In this document: positions 29,469 to 39,931 of the stretch, piece by piece
Numbering within the stretch: position 1 is the first letter of the stretch
How the letters are laid out: every line of letters starts with the position of its first letter
Assembly (NCBI GenBank): GCA_964291395.2
Contig: OZ219858.1
Coordinates: forward strand, 1,024,001 to 1,088,000
Reading direction: 5' to 3'
DNA length: 64,000 nucleotides
From: Alphaproteobacteria bacterium
GTDB lineage: Bacteria; Pseudomonadota; Alphaproteobacteria; UBA2966
Position numbers and translations under genes: made by a program
The notes under the pieces: generated by a model
The model's input: the letters and a program-made list of their open reading frames with translations, nothing else
Databases searched by the model: none
What the model was told of the DNA's origin: nothing

Positions 29469-29630
29469 CCAGACGTTCAGGCCGGTTGCATCCGACAACA
29501 AACAGAAACGCAGACGGCGCATGCCGCAGCGAAGGTATGCTTAAATCCTCCGGTTAATGAATGTTTAGATGGAAACGGAGAGCGAACCGGCGTATACGCA
29601 TATCCCTCTTGCCGCATGAGGAGCAGTGTC

Positions 29631-31016
29631 ATGCCCGGGAAATGGACGCCGGATAGCTGGCGCGGCCTGCCGATTCGGCAGCAGCCGGATTATCCGGATG
29701 CTGCCGCGCTGGAGGAGGCCCTGGATCGGATACGACGGCAGCCGCCGCTCGTCTTCGCGGGCGAGGCGCGCCGGTTGCGTTCGGCGCTGGCGGGTGTGGC
29801 GGAGGGACGGGCCTTTCTGCTGCAGGGCGGCGACTGCGCCGAGAGCTTCGCCGAATTCAGCGCGGACAACATCCGCGACACGTTCCGGGTTTTGATGCAG
29901 ATGGCGGTCGTCATGACGTTCGCGGCGGCCTGCCCCATCATCAAGGTCGGGCGCTTGGCGGGTCAGTTCGCCAAGCCGCGCAGCGCGCCGACGGAGGTCC
30001 AGGACGACGTGGAGCTTCCGAGCTATCGCGGCGATATCGTGAACGGCATGGAGTTTACGGCCGAGGCTCGGGCGGCCAACCCTTCCAGGCTTCTTCAGGG
30101 CTACCACCAATCTTCCGCGACCTTGAATCTGTTGCGGGCGGTCGCGCACGGCGGCTATGCCGACCTTCGCCGCGTTCACGGCTGGAATCTGGATTTCGTT
30201 TCCCGCACCGCTCAGGGCGAGAGATACGCCGGCCTCGCCGACCGTATCACTGAGGCCCTGAGCTTCATGGAGGCATGTGGCATCACCGGTGAGTCCGTGC
30301 CGGCCGTAAGAGAGGTGGACTTCTATACCTCGCATGAGGCCTTGCTGCTCGGTTTCGAGGAGGCCATGACCCGCGTCGATTCGACGACGGGCGACTGGTA
30401 CGACACCTCGGCTCACATGCTGTGGATCGGCGACCGTACCCGTCAGGAAGATGGTGCCCACGTCGAGTTCATGCGCGGGGTCTCCAATCCCATCGGCATA
30501 AAGGCGGGTCCCACGATCGCCCCCGACGAACTGTTGCGGTTGATCGATATCCTCGACCCGGCCGTAGAGCCTGGCCGCCTCACGGTCATCGTGCGCATGG
30601 GCGCCGACAAGGTTGGTGAGCGTCTGCCACCGCTCGTTCGCGCGGTTCGGCGGGAGGGCCGCAAGGTCGTGTGGTCTTGCGATCCGATGCACGGCAATAC
30701 GGTGAAGTCGGCGAACGGTTACAAGACCAGGATGTTCGATCGGATTCTGTCGGAGGTCCGGCAATTCTTCGACGTCCACATTGCGGAGGGAACTTACGCC
30801 GGCGGTGTGCATTTCGAGATGACGGGCCAGGACGTTACGGAATGCCTCGGCGGCGCGCAGGACATCACCGAGCGCTCGCTCGCGGATCGTTACCACACCC
30901 ATTGCGACCCGCGCCTCAACGCATCTCAGGCACTGGAGCTGGCGTTTCTGATCGCCGACTCCCTGAAGGAACAGCGCGCCAACGGTCAGCCCCCGATCGC
31001 CGCCGAGGCGTCCTGA
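29631..31016 (+). CDS. Class II DAHP synthase
   Basis: [42 protein letters not shown]. Confidence 0.97.
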   Translation: MPGKWTPDSWRGLPIRQQPDYPDAAALEEALDRIRRQPPLVFAGEARRLRSALAGVAEGRAFLLQGGDCAESFAEFSADNIRDTFRVLMQMAVVMTFAAACPIIKVGRLAGQFAKPRSAPTEVQDDVELPSYRGDIVNGMEFTAEARAANPSRLLQGYHQSSATLNLLRAVAHGGYADLRRVHGWNLDFVSRTAQGERYAGLADRITEALSFMEACGITGESVPAVREVDFYTSHEALLLGFEEAMTRVDSTTGDWYDTSAHMLWIGDRTRQEDGAHVEFMRGVSNPIGIKAGPTIAPDELLRLIDILDPAVEPGRLTVIVRMGADKVGERLPPLVRAVRREGRKVVWSCDPMHGNTVKSANGYKTRMFDRILSEVRQFFDVHIAEGTYAGGVHFEMTGQDVTECLGGAQDITERSLADRYHTHCDPRLNASQALELAFLIADSLKEQRANGQPPIAAEAS

Positions 31017-31228
31017 GTGTTGTTCCCGGCGCGAAACGACCGGCCGCGCACGGTGACTTATTAGGGCATGCCAGGCGCTTTCGGTTACGAGGTCTGCGGA
31101 CGGGCCGAACCCGATCCCTATGCAGTTCCCCGCACGGGTTTCGAAGAGGCCTTGGAGGCCTGCCGCGCCGGCCGCGACCCGCAGTGGGGATGATGGCGCC
31201 CGGAGTTGGCCGGCGTCAGCTCGAGGGA

Positions 31229-31696
31229 TCAGAACACCCCTGCTTCGAGGCCCGCAGCCACTGCCATTCCAAGCTCTTCGCATTGATCGACAAAGGTGTC
31301 CTGCCACTCTCCACGGCAGATCAACGGATCCTGGACGGCGCGCCATCTCAATCCCGTGACGATCGTTTCGACGCCCCGGCGCGTTCCAGTACCGTCCTGA
31401 CCCGCACGGATATAGAGGGCGTAGGGCAGCCCCTGAGTGTGTTCGAGGCAGGGATAGTAGCTTCGGTCGAAAAAATCCTTCAGCGCGCCGCTCATGTATC
31501 CAAGGTTCTCCGTCGTGCCGAGGATCACGGCCTGGGCCGCGAGGACATCGTCCGCCCCCGCTTGGAGAGGCGGGATCATCCGGACCGTCACGTTCCCGAT
31601 GTCGGGGTTCGTGGCGCCGCGTACCACCGCCTCTCTCAGCCGTTCCGTGTTGGGCGAGGGCGCATGGGCGACGATGAGCAAGCGGCGGAGGGTCAT
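31229..31696 (-). CDS. Flavodoxin family protein
   Basis: HAPSPNT, GTTENLGYMSGALKDFFDR, AGQDGTG. Confidence 0.88.
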   Translation of the reverse strand: MTLRRLLIVAHAPSPNTERLREAVVRGATNPDIGNVTVRMIPPLQAGADDVLAAQAVILGTTENLGYMSGALKDFFDRSYYPCLEHTQGLPYALYIRAGQDGTGTRRGVETIVTGLRWRAVQDPLICRGEWQDTFVDQCEELGMAVAAGLEAGVF

Positions 31697-31896
31697 GGAA
31701 GCGTGTCATCCTCTGGAACGATGCGGCCTCTACTCCGCCCGAATGAAATACCCACTCCGGACCCGTTTGGCGCCGTTGCCGGCCGCGAATGCTCCGGTCG
31801 GCACGAGCATTCCGACAAGCACTACGACAAGCCACGGCCCGACCGGTACACGAACCGTTTTCCCTTGTCTTCCGGTCCCCATTGATGCCGGCGCGG

Positions 31897-33429
31897 TCAC
31901 GCCATGCCCACGGGGGTCGGCTTGACCGCGATTTCATCATCCGGGCGAGAGGCGATCATGTCCTCCAATTCCTTGCGGACGGACCGGGCGCCGCCGTCGT
32001 CGAACAGGTTGTCCATCTCGTAGGGATCGTTCTTCAGATCGTAAAGCTCACCGGCACCCGACCCCGTCTCGACCGTCAACTTATGGGTCCGGGTGCGCGC
32101 CATGCGCAGGTCCAGAGCGACGCCGCACCGGGAGGCATTGATGTCCCATTCGTTGTAGGCGAAGTCCCGGCTCTCGACGGCCCTGCCTTCCACCAGGCCC
32201 TTGAGGCTGCTGCTGTGCGTCTCTCCCGCCGCCGACACGCCCATGTAGTCGAGTGCCGTCGCCGGTATGTCCAGCGTCGAAACCGGATCGTCGACGATCC
32301 GGTTTTCCGGGACCGACGGCCCCTGGAAGATGAGACCGATACGGACCAGCCCTTCGTAATTGATCGGACCCTTGAGGATCAGCCCGTGATCGCCGAGCCA
32401 GTCGCCGTGGTCGGTCGTGTAGATCACCAACGTGTCGTCGGCGAGGCCGAGGTCGGTGATCGCCGCCATAATTCGCCCGACGTTGTGATCGATCAGCGAG
32501 ATCATGCCGTAGTAGTTGGCGATGATCTCGCGGAGCTGCCCGTCGGTCTGATCGGGGATGCGGGAGTAATTCTGGCGGACCTTCCGCATCTCCTCGGTGA
32601 TTTGCGGCACTCCCTCGAGGCTGGCGCGGTGCCACCAGGGCCGACGGTCCAGATCCTTGACCCGCTCGGGAGGCAGATCCACCTCCTCCGGATGGTGCAG
32701 TCGTGACCATGGTTCCGGGGCGTCGAAGGGGTGGTGGGGATCCGGGAAGGACGTCCACAGGAAAAAACGGTCATCCCTGTTGTTGCGGAGAAACTCGATG
32801 GTCCGGTCTCCGACCCAGGTCGAATTGTGCCAAGCCGGCGGCAGCGCGGAATGCCAGGTCTGGACGGCGTCCGTGACCGGTTCCAGACGGGTCTCGTAGA
32901 GCTCGTTCTTGAGGCGTCCCAGGCTGTCCCCGTAGTACCAGGCTTCGTAGTGCTGGCCGCCGGGGGGCTCCATGGGATGCCAGCGGTTGTGGCCCAGGAC
33001 CACCAGCTCCACGTACTCGAACCCCATGTAGGGGCCGGACCAATCGGGCCCGTAGTCCGCCATCGACAAACGGCTCTCGGGCGTTCCCGTGGGCTCGAAC
33101 GTCAGCGCCGTCGAGAAGTGCGCCTTGCCGATGAATCCCGTTCTCACCCCCGCCTTGCTCAAGGTTCCGGCGATGCCGGCCTCGCCAATCCCAGGATCGA
33201 GGTCGATCCCGTTGTCGTGCACGCCATGGGTGTTCGACAGCAACCCCGTGAGGATCGAGGCGCGTGACGGCTGGCAGACGTTGTTCGGCGTGATGCAGGC
33301 GGAAAACCGGGTGCCCTGCCGCGCCATGATGTCCAGGTGCGGTGTCTTGATCTTGCGGCCTTCGAAGCCGAAGCAGTCACCGCGCTGCTGGTCCGATGTG
33401 ATGAGTATGACGTTGCGAACCGAATTCAT
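31897..33429 (-). CDS. Cys-type formylglycine-dependent sulfatase
   Basis: SDQQR, CQPSR, GKAH, PHHPF, TDHG, ELYDL..DP.E. Confidence 0.94.
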   Translation of the reverse strand: MNSVRNVILITSDQQRGDCFGFEGRKIKTPHLDIMARQGTRFSACITPNNVCQPSRASILTGLLSNTHGVHDNGIDLDPGIGEAGIAGTLSKAGVRTGFIGKAHFSTALTFEPTGTPESRLSMADYGPDWSGPYMGFEYVELVVLGHNRWHPMEPPGGQHYEAWYYGDSLGRLKNELYETRLEPVTDAVQTWHSALPPAWHNSTWVGDRTIEFLRNNRDDRFFLWTSFPDPHHPFDAPEPWSRLHHPEEVDLPPERVKDLDRRPWWHRASLEGVPQITEEMRKVRQNYSRIPDQTDGQLREIIANYYGMISLIDHNVGRIMAAITDLGLADDTLVIYTTDHGDWLGDHGLILKGPINYEGLVRIGLIFQGPSVPENRIVDDPVSTLDIPATALDYMGVSAAGETHSSSLKGLVEGRAVESRDFAYNEWDINASRCGVALDLRMARTRTHKLTVETGSGAGELYDLKNDPYEMDNLFDDGGARSVRKELEDMIASRPDDEIAVKPTPVGMA

Positions 33430-33617
33430 GAAAGATCACGCCCCTGGGTTTTCTCGTCGTTGCGGCAGCCCGGGCCGCACGTGCGCATTGTAACGATTGG
33501 AATCGAACCTAGCTCGCGAGACGTGAGCCCACGGCGGTTCGAGCGGGGGCCGCCGCGAGGTTTACTCCGACCCGTCTACGCGTTAGTTAGCAGCGAAGGT
33601 GCTGGACGGACGGAACG

Positions 33618-36032
33618 ATGAGATCTCACGCGCAGGTGGTGGTGATCGGCGGCGGCGTGGTCGGGTGCAGCGTTCTCTATCACCTCACGAAATTCGGCTG
33701 GAAGGACGTCGTTCTCGTCGAACGCTCGGAATTGACGTCGGGGTCTACCTGGCACGCGGCGGGCGGGTTCCACACCCTCAACTCCGATCCCAACATCGCC
33801 AAGCTGCAGGGCTACACCATCCGGCTCTACAAGGAGCTCGAGGAGATCAGCGGACAAGCCTGCGGGCTCCACCATGTCGGCGGACTCACGATCGCGACCG
33901 ACTCGGACCGCATGGATTTCCTCAAGGCCGAGCGCGCCAAGCACCGTTACATGGATCTCGAAACCGAGCTGGTAACGCCGGAAGAGGTGCGAGAGCTCTG
34001 CCCCGTTCTCAACGTCGACGGCGTCGTCGGCGCGCTCTACGACCCGCTCGACGGCCATCTCGACCCGGCCGGTACGACCCATGCGTACGCCGTCGCGGCA
34101 CGGAAGCAGGGTGCGGAGATCATCCTGCGCAACCGGGTGATCGAACTGAACCACGGGTCGGACGGCACCTGGGTCGTGGTCACCGAACAGGGGACGATCG
34201 AGACGGAATACGTGGTCAATGCCGCCGGCCTATGGGCCCGCGAAGTGGGAGAGCTGGCGGGCGTCTACCATCCTCTTCATCCGGTGGAGCACCAATACCT
34301 GGTCACCGATGACATCCCGGAGGTCTACGAGCGAGAGGAAGAGCTCCCGCACGTCATCGATCCGGGGGGCGAGACCTATTTCCGGCAGGAAGGGCGCGGT
34401 CTCGTCCTGGGAATCTATGAACAGGAGTGCGAGCTCTGGGCCGTCGAAGGAACGCCTTGGGACTTCGGGCACGAACTGTTGCCGGACAAGCTCGACCGCA
34501 TTTCGGAGCCATTGGAAAAGGCGTTTCGGCGCTATCCCTGCCTTGCCGACGCCGGCATCAAGACCGTCGTCAACGGGCCGTTCACGTTCGCACCCGACGG
34601 CAACCCGCTGGTCGGTCCCTATCCCGGGCTCAAAGGCTACTGGTGCGCGTGTGCGGTCATGGCCGGATTCAGCCAAGGCGGCGGCGTGGGTCTCACGGTC
34701 GCGGAGTGGATGATCGAGGGTGAACCCTCCTCGGACGTGTTCGCCATGGATGTCTCCCGCTTCGGCGGCTGGGCGACGCGCGCCTATACGCGGGACAAGG
34801 TGACGGAGAACTACCGTCGGCGCTTCGCGATCAGCTTCCCCAACGAGGAACTGCCGGCGGGCCGGCCGCTCCATACCACCCCGGCCTACGGGATGTGGAA
34901 GGCGCAGAACGCGGTGTTCGGCGCCGGCTACGGGCTTGAGGCCGTCAACTATTTCGCGCCCGCCGGGGAGGCCCGTTTCGAGGTGCCGAGCTTCCGACGC
35001 TCGAACGCCTTCGGGCCGGTCGGCGAGGAGTGCCGCGCGGTGCGCACGGCCGTCGGCATCAACGAGATCCACAACTTCGGCAAGTACGAGGTCGTCGGGC
35101 CGGGCGCCGAGGAATGGCTCAACCGGATTCTCGCCAACCGCATGCCGCGCGTCGGGCGCATCGCGCTCAGCCCCATGCTCAGCGACAGCGGTATGCTGAT
35201 CGGCGACTTGACGGTGTCGCGTCTCTCCGAGGACCGGTTTCAGATCATCGGCTCGTCGTCGGCGCAGGCTTTCCACATGCGCTGGTTCCTGGATCATCTG
35301 CCGGACAGCGGAATCGGAATCCGGAACGTGTCGCTCGAGCGCATCGGTTTTCAGATCGCGGGGCCCGAAGCCCGAGAGCTGCTGTCGCGCGTGACCCGCG
35401 GCGACGTGTCGAATTCGGCGTTTCCGTTCCTGTCCGTCACGGAAATGGAGGTGGGGCTGGCGCCGGCCATCGTGTGCCGGATCACCTATACCGGAGACCT
35501 CGGTTACGAGATCTACGTGCCGGCTGGTTACCAGCTGGCGCTGTATGAGGCGCTGGTCGAGGCCGGCGAGGATCTCGGCCTCAGGCCTTTCGGCATGCGT
35601 GCCATGATGTCGCTGCGGCTGGAAAAGAGCTTCGGTTCCTGGCTGCGCGAATACAAGCCCGATTACACTCCCGCGGAGACCGGCCTCGACCGGTTCGTCG
35701 CTTTCCAGAAACCCGGATTCATCGGCATGGAAGCCGCGGTGCGGCAGCGGGAGACTCCGCCGGGACGGCGCCTCGTCACCCTGGTCGTCGACGCCGATGA
35801 CGCGGACGCGTGGGCCGACGAGCCCATCTGGCACGACGGCGACGTCGTCGGATTCGTCACCTCGGGCGGGTACGCCCACTTCGTCGAAAAGAGCGTCGCG
35901 CTCGGGTTCGTTCCCGCCCGCTTGATCGAAGACGGCAACGTCTTCGAGATCGAGATTCTCGGCGACCGCCGGCCGGCGACGCTCGTCGGCGAACCCCTGT
36001 TCGACCCCGCCGGCGAGCGCATGCGCGGGTAG
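33618..36032 (+). CDS. GcvT-family FAD oxidoreductase (dimethylglycine/sarcosine dehydrogenase-like)
   Basis: IGGGVVG, TSGSTWHAAG, NGPFTFAPD, YTGDLGYE, SLRLEK. Confidence 0.93.
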   Translation: MRSHAQVVVIGGGVVGCSVLYHLTKFGWKDVVLVERSELTSGSTWHAAGGFHTLNSDPNIAKLQGYTIRLYKELEEISGQACGLHHVGGLTIATDSDRMDFLKAERAKHRYMDLETELVTPEEVRELCPVLNVDGVVGALYDPLDGHLDPAGTTHAYAVAARKQGAEIILRNRVIELNHGSDGTWVVVTEQGTIETEYVVNAAGLWAREVGELAGVYHPLHPVEHQYLVTDDIPEVYEREEELPHVIDPGGETYFRQEGRGLVLGIYEQECELWAVEGTPWDFGHELLPDKLDRISEPLEKAFRRYPCLADAGIKTVVNGPFTFAPDGNPLVGPYPGLKGYWCACAVMAGFSQGGGVGLTVAEWMIEGEPSSDVFAMDVSRFGGWATRAYTRDKVTENYRRRFAISFPNEELPAGRPLHTTPAYGMWKAQNAVFGAGYGLEAVNYFAPAGEARFEVPSFRRSNAFGPVGEECRAVRTAVGINEIHNFGKYEVVGPGAEEWLNRILANRMPRVGRIALSPMLSDSGMLIGDLTVSRLSEDRFQIIGSSSAQAFHMRWFLDHLPDSGIGIRNVSLERIGFQIAGPEARELLSRVTRGDVSNSAFPFLSVTEMEVGLAPAIVCRITYTGDLGYEIYVPAGYQLALYEALVEAGEDLGLRPFGMRAMMSLRLEKSFGSWLREYKPDYTPAETGLDRFVAFQKPGFIGMEAAVRQRETPPGRRLVTLVVDADDADAWADEPIWHDGDVVGFVTSGGYAHFVEKSVALGFVPARLIEDGNVFEIEILGDRRPATLVGEPLFDPAGERMRG

Positions 36033-36035
36033 CAA

Positions 36036-36072
36036 CCGAGACTAGCCGAGACTAGCCGAGACTAGCCGAGAC
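36036..36072 (+). repeat. Perfect tandem 10-mer CCGAGACTAG x3.7
   Basis: Units at 36036, 36046 and 36056, partial at 36066; begins 3 nt after the stop of 33618-36032. Confidence 0.95.
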
Positions 36073-38369
36073 GAGCTCCCGTTCTTTTCGTTGAGGGCCT
36101 TCAGGACCCGGGGCGGCGACAAGGGCAGTTCCTGAACCCGAACGCCCGTCGCGTCCTCGAGGGCGTTCGCCACGGCCGCCATGACCGGCACGATGGACGT
36201 CTCGCCGATGCCCCGAACGCCATAAGGGTGGTTCGGGTTCGGAACCTCGACGATGACCGCATCGATCATGGGAAGGTCCGAGGCCACCGGCATGCGATAG
36301 TCCAGGAATCCCGGGTTCTCCATCCGTCCCTGCTCGTCGTAGATGTACTCCTCGTTGAGCGCCCACCCGATTCCCTGGACGGCCGCACCCTGGTACTGGC
36401 CCTCGACGAGGTTCGGCTGGATGGCCTTGCCCGCATCCTGCGCGGCCGTGAAGCTCAGGATCTTGATGTGCCCCGTTTCCGGATCCACCTCGATGTCCAC
36501 CGCTTCGGTCGCGAAACTCGGTCCGGCGCCGGAGACGTTGGTCTCCACGTGCCCGGCGATCGGTCCGCCCGTTTTCTTCGCGTCGCGGGCGATGTCCTCC
36601 AGCGACAAGGGCTCGAAGTCGCCCGCGTTGCTGCTGGCAGGACGGGCGTGACCGTCCTCCCAGACCACCGCTTCGACCGGGATGTTCCACGTGGCGGCGG
36701 CCCGCGCTCTCAACTCGTCGATCACGACCCGGGCCACTTCGACCGTCGCCTTCCCCACGGCGAACGTCGTGCGGCTGCCGGCGCTGATGAAGTTGAAGCC
36801 GAGCGACGTCGTGTCTCCGACGGCGGGACGGATGCGCTCGGGCTCGATCCCGAGCTCTTCCGCGGCCATCACCGAGATCGACGTCCGGGTGCCGCTGAGA
36901 TCCGGATTCCCCACCGTCAGAGCGATCGTACCGTCGTCGTTGACGTTCATGGTGACGCTGGTCTCGCCGCCGATGTTGAACCAGAATCCCGAGGCCACCC
37001 CGCGCCCCTGGTTCGGACCGAGCGGCACGTTGTAGTTCGGGTGATTCTTGATGGCCTGCAGGGTCTCCACCTGCCCGACCGGCCCGAACGTCGGACCGTA
37101 GGCGGCCTTCGTCCCCTCCTTGGCGGCGTTCATCAGCCGCAGGTCCACCGGATCGATGCCGAGTTCGCGCGCCATCTCGTCCATGGCGCTTTCGACGGCG
37201 AACGCCGAGATCTGCGCCCCCGGCGCCCGGTAGGCCGTCGTCTTGGGCCGGTTGGCGACGACGTCGTAGCCGATCACCAGCACGTTCTCGAGGTCGTAGC
37301 AGGCGTAGGCGCACATCGCCGCCGGGAAGACCGGCGAGCCCGGAAAGGCGCCCGCCTGGAACATCAGCTCGGCCCATCCCGCGGTGATCCTGCCGTCGTG
37401 CCTGGCCCCGATCTTCACCTTCATGTGGGATCCGGACGTCGGCCCCGTGGCCCGGAAGACCTCGTTCCGGTGCATGGCGATCTTGACGGGCCGGCCGCAC
37501 TTGCGGGACAGCGCCAGGGCGAGGGGCTCCAGATAGACGATGTTCTTGCCCCCGAAACCGCCGCCGATCTCGGAGGCCGTGACCTTCAGCTTCGAGACCT
37601 CGATGCCGCAGAGGCGCGACGTGATCGCCCGAACCAGGAAGTGACCGGGCGTCGAGCACCAGACTTCACCCTGGCCGTCTTCCGTATAGCTCGCCACACA
37701 GGCGTGCGGCTCGATGTAACCTTGATGGACCGGGCGCGTCTTGTATTCGCGCTCGATGACGACGTCGGCCTCGGCGAAACCCTTCTCCACGTCGCCGAGC
37801 TTGATCTCGAGCCGTTTGGCGACGTTGGAGGGCCGGTCGGGCTTCGGGTGGACCCCGTCCGTGAACTGATCCTCGTTGAGAAGGGGCGCGTCGGGCTTCA
37901 TCGCCTCGACCACGTCGATGACGTGCGGCAGCACCTCGTAGTCGACGTCGATGAGCTTGAGCGCCTTGCGCGCGATGGACGCGCTGGTCGCGGCCACGGC
38001 GGCCACCGCGTGACCGTCGTACATGGCCTTCTCCCGTGCCAGCACGTTGCGGATGACGTCCCGGATGTTGACCGTCAGCTCGCCCACCTGAATCATCTCG
38101 GACGGCTGATCCTCGAAATCCTCCCGCGTGATCACCGCCTTGACGCCCTTGACGGCCTCCGCCTTCGACGTGTCGATCCCGTTGATCTTGGCGTGCGCGT
38201 GCGGACTGCGCAGCACCGCGCCGAACAGCATGCCGGGCATGATGAGGTCCGCGCCGAAACGCGCCCTCCCGGTAACCTTGTCGACACCGTCGGTGCGGGC
38301 GACGTTCGTCCCGACCCACTTCAGCTCGTGGGGCTTCTCCTGATAGCCAAGGTCTTCAGCAGCCGACAT
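36042..38369 (-). CDS. Xanthine dehydrogenase/CoxL-family molybdopterin subunit
   Basis: KVTGRARF, RSPHAHA, IGGGFGGK, AYRAPG loop, GIGE. Confidence 0.93.
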   Translation of the reverse strand: MSAAEDLGYQEKPHELKWVGTNVARTDGVDKVTGRARFGADLIMPGMLFGAVLRSPHAHAKINGIDTSKAEAVKGVKAVITREDFEDQPSEMIQVGELTVNIRDVIRNVLAREKAMYDGHAVAAVAATSASIARKALKLIDVDYEVLPHVIDVVEAMKPDAPLLNEDQFTDGVHPKPDRPSNVAKRLEIKLGDVEKGFAEADVVIEREYKTRPVHQGYIEPHACVASYTEDGQGEVWCSTPGHFLVRAITSRLCGIEVSKLKVTASEIGGGFGGKNIVYLEPLALALSRKCGRPVKIAMHRNEVFRATGPTSGSHMKVKIGARHDGRITAGWAELMFQAGAFPGSPVFPAAMCAYACYDLENVLVIGYDVVANRPKTTAYRAPGAQISAFAVESAMDEMARELGIDPVDLRLMNAAKEGTKAAYGPTFGPVGQVETLQAIKNHPNYNVPLGPNQGRGVASGFWFNIGGETSVTMNVNDDGTIALTVGNPDLSGTRTSISVMAAEELGIEPERIRPAVGDTTSLGFNFISAGSRTTFAVGKATVEVARVVIDELRARAAATWNIPVEAVVWEDGHARPASSNAGDFEPLSLEDIARDAKKTGGPIAGHVETNVSGAGPSFATEAVDIEVDPETGHIKILSFTAAQDAGKAIQPNLVEGQYQGAAVQGIGWALNEEYIYDEQGRMENPGFLDYRMPVASDLPMIDAVIVEVPNPNHPYGVRGIGETSIVPVMAAVANALEDATGVRVQELPLSPPRVLKALNEKNGSSSRLVSASLG

Positions 38370-38371
38370 GG

Positions 38372-38848
38372 TCACTCTCCTCGCATTTCCGCGGCCGTGT
38401 CGAGAACGGCCCGAATGATCTTGTCATATCCCGTGCATCGGCAAAGGTTGCCAGCCAGCCAGTAGCGCGTCTCGGTCTCCGTGGGGTCCGGACTCCTCTC
38501 CAGCAGGGCCTTGGCCGCGACCAGGAGTCCCGGCGTGCAATAGCCGCATTGAAGCGCCGCGTAGTCGAGAAACTTCTGCTGCAGCGGATGAAGGCGTTCG
38601 CCGTCCGCCATCCCCTCGATGGTTTCGATGGAGCAGTCTCCGGCCTCGGCGCCCATCACCAGGCAGGAGCACACCAGCCGTCCGTCGAGCATGACGCTGC
38701 AGGCGCCGCAATCACCCGAGGCGCAGCCCTCCTTGGTGCCCGTGAGGTGGAGCTCGTCGCGCAACACGTCGAGAAGCGTCTGCTCCGGTTCGCAGAGAAA
38801 CTCGACCTCGTCGCCGTTGACGGTCGCCGATACGTGGTATCTCGCCAT
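38372..38848 (-). CDS. CoxS-like (2Fe-2S) subunit
   Basis: GC..GDCGAC, QCGYCTPG, NLCRCTGY. Confidence 0.95.
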   Translation of the reverse strand: MARYHVSATVNGDEVEFLCEPEQTLLDVLRDELHLTGTKEGCASGDCGACSVMLDGRLVCSCLVMGAEAGDCSIETIEGMADGERLHPLQQKFLDYAALQCGYCTPGLLVAAKALLERSPDPTETETRYWLAGNLCRCTGYDKIIRAVLDTAAEMRGE

Positions 38849-38863
38849 TGTGTTCGTCCTATT

Positions 38864-39721
38864 TCACTTGCCCGCGGCCCGCGCGCGCGCGATTTCCGCC
38901 GCCCGACGTGCCATGACGCCCGTAACCTGGATGCGAAACTCCTTCGTTCCGCGCTTGTCGTCGATGGGTTTGGCGGCCGCGCTCGCCGCTTCCGAAAGCC
39001 TGGCGAGCGCCGCCTCGTCCACCGAAGTGCCCATCAGCGCATCGGCCGCCTCGTCCGGCACCAGGGCGCGTGCCGCCACGGCCCCGAGCGATACCTTCGC
39101 GGCGGTGCACAAACCGGACTCGTCGAGGGTCAGGCACACGCCGGCGCCGACGACGGCGATATCCATCTCCGTCCGCGGAATGAATCTCAGATAGGCGTCA
39201 CCCGTGCGGGGTGCCTGCTCGGGAAACAGGAAGGACGCGACCAGCTCGCCCTTCCGGAGCGATGTCTGCCCCGGTGCCGTCGCGACGTCCTCCACCGGAA
39301 CGTCGCGGCTGCCGTCCGGCCCCTCGACGGTGGCGATGGCGCCCGCGGCGATCATGGCCGGCACGGAGTCCGCCGCCGGCGAGGCGTTGCAGAGATTGCC
39401 GCCCATGGTGGCGCGGCTCTGAATCTGGGTCGAGCCGATCAGTTCGAGGGCCTCGACGACGCCCGGCCAAACCGATTTGAACGCCTCGTGTTCGCCCAAT
39501 TCCGCGCCGGTCACCGCGGCGCCGACCCGAAAGCCGCCGTTTTCCGTGGTGACGGTCCGCATCCCATCGATCTTCTTGACGTCGACGACGAGGCTGGGAT
39601 CGATCGTGTCGGCGCGCAGTTGCACGAGAAGGTCCGTCCCGCCCGCGAGCACGCGGGCGTTGTCATCGCTTGCCAGCAATGCCACGGCCGCTTCCATCGT
39701 TTCCGGCGCTTCATAACGCAT
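38864..39721 (-). CDS. CoxM-like FAD-binding subunit
   Basis: LAGGTDL, ATMGGNLCNASPAAD, PIDDKRG. Confidence 0.94.
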   Translation of the reverse strand: MRYEAPETMEAAVALLASDDNARVLAGGTDLLVQLRADTIDPSLVVDVKKIDGMRTVTTENGGFRVGAAVTGAELGEHEAFKSVWPGVVEALELIGSTQIQSRATMGGNLCNASPAADSVPAMIAAGAIATVEGPDGSRDVPVEDVATAPGQTSLRKGELVASFLFPEQAPRTGDAYLRFIPRTEMDIAVVGAGVCLTLDESGLCTAAKVSLGAVAARALVPDEAADALMGTSVDEAALARLSEAASAAAKPIDDKRGTKEFRIQVTGVMARRAAEIARARAAGK

Positions 39722-39931
39722 TTCGATGACGCTACTCCCTCACGTTGCGTTCGACTCGGTGTCGAAGGACCCCGAACATACAGATTTCGCCCCAAAGCAA
39801 CAATTCATGCCCGGAAAGCTCATTCCTGCAGGAGAAGACCCCGGCGCGGACTTGCCAAGACGACGGCGCTCCCGCCAGAGTTGCCTTGGTCACAACCGGC
39901 GAATTCCGGCATCTTATACGAGGGACCGTGC

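Noticed and set aside
33430-33617. Glycine riboswitch upstream of the GcvT-family gene
   Set aside because: The conserved aptamer elements (GGAGA...CCGAAG...CTCTCAGG) are not present.
36036-36072. CRISPR array
   Set aside because: Contiguous 10-mers with no spacers and no cas genes.
36042-39721. Aerobic CO dehydrogenase (coxMSL form I)
   Set aside because: Active-site loop is AYRAPG, not AYXCSFR, and no cox accessory genes are present.
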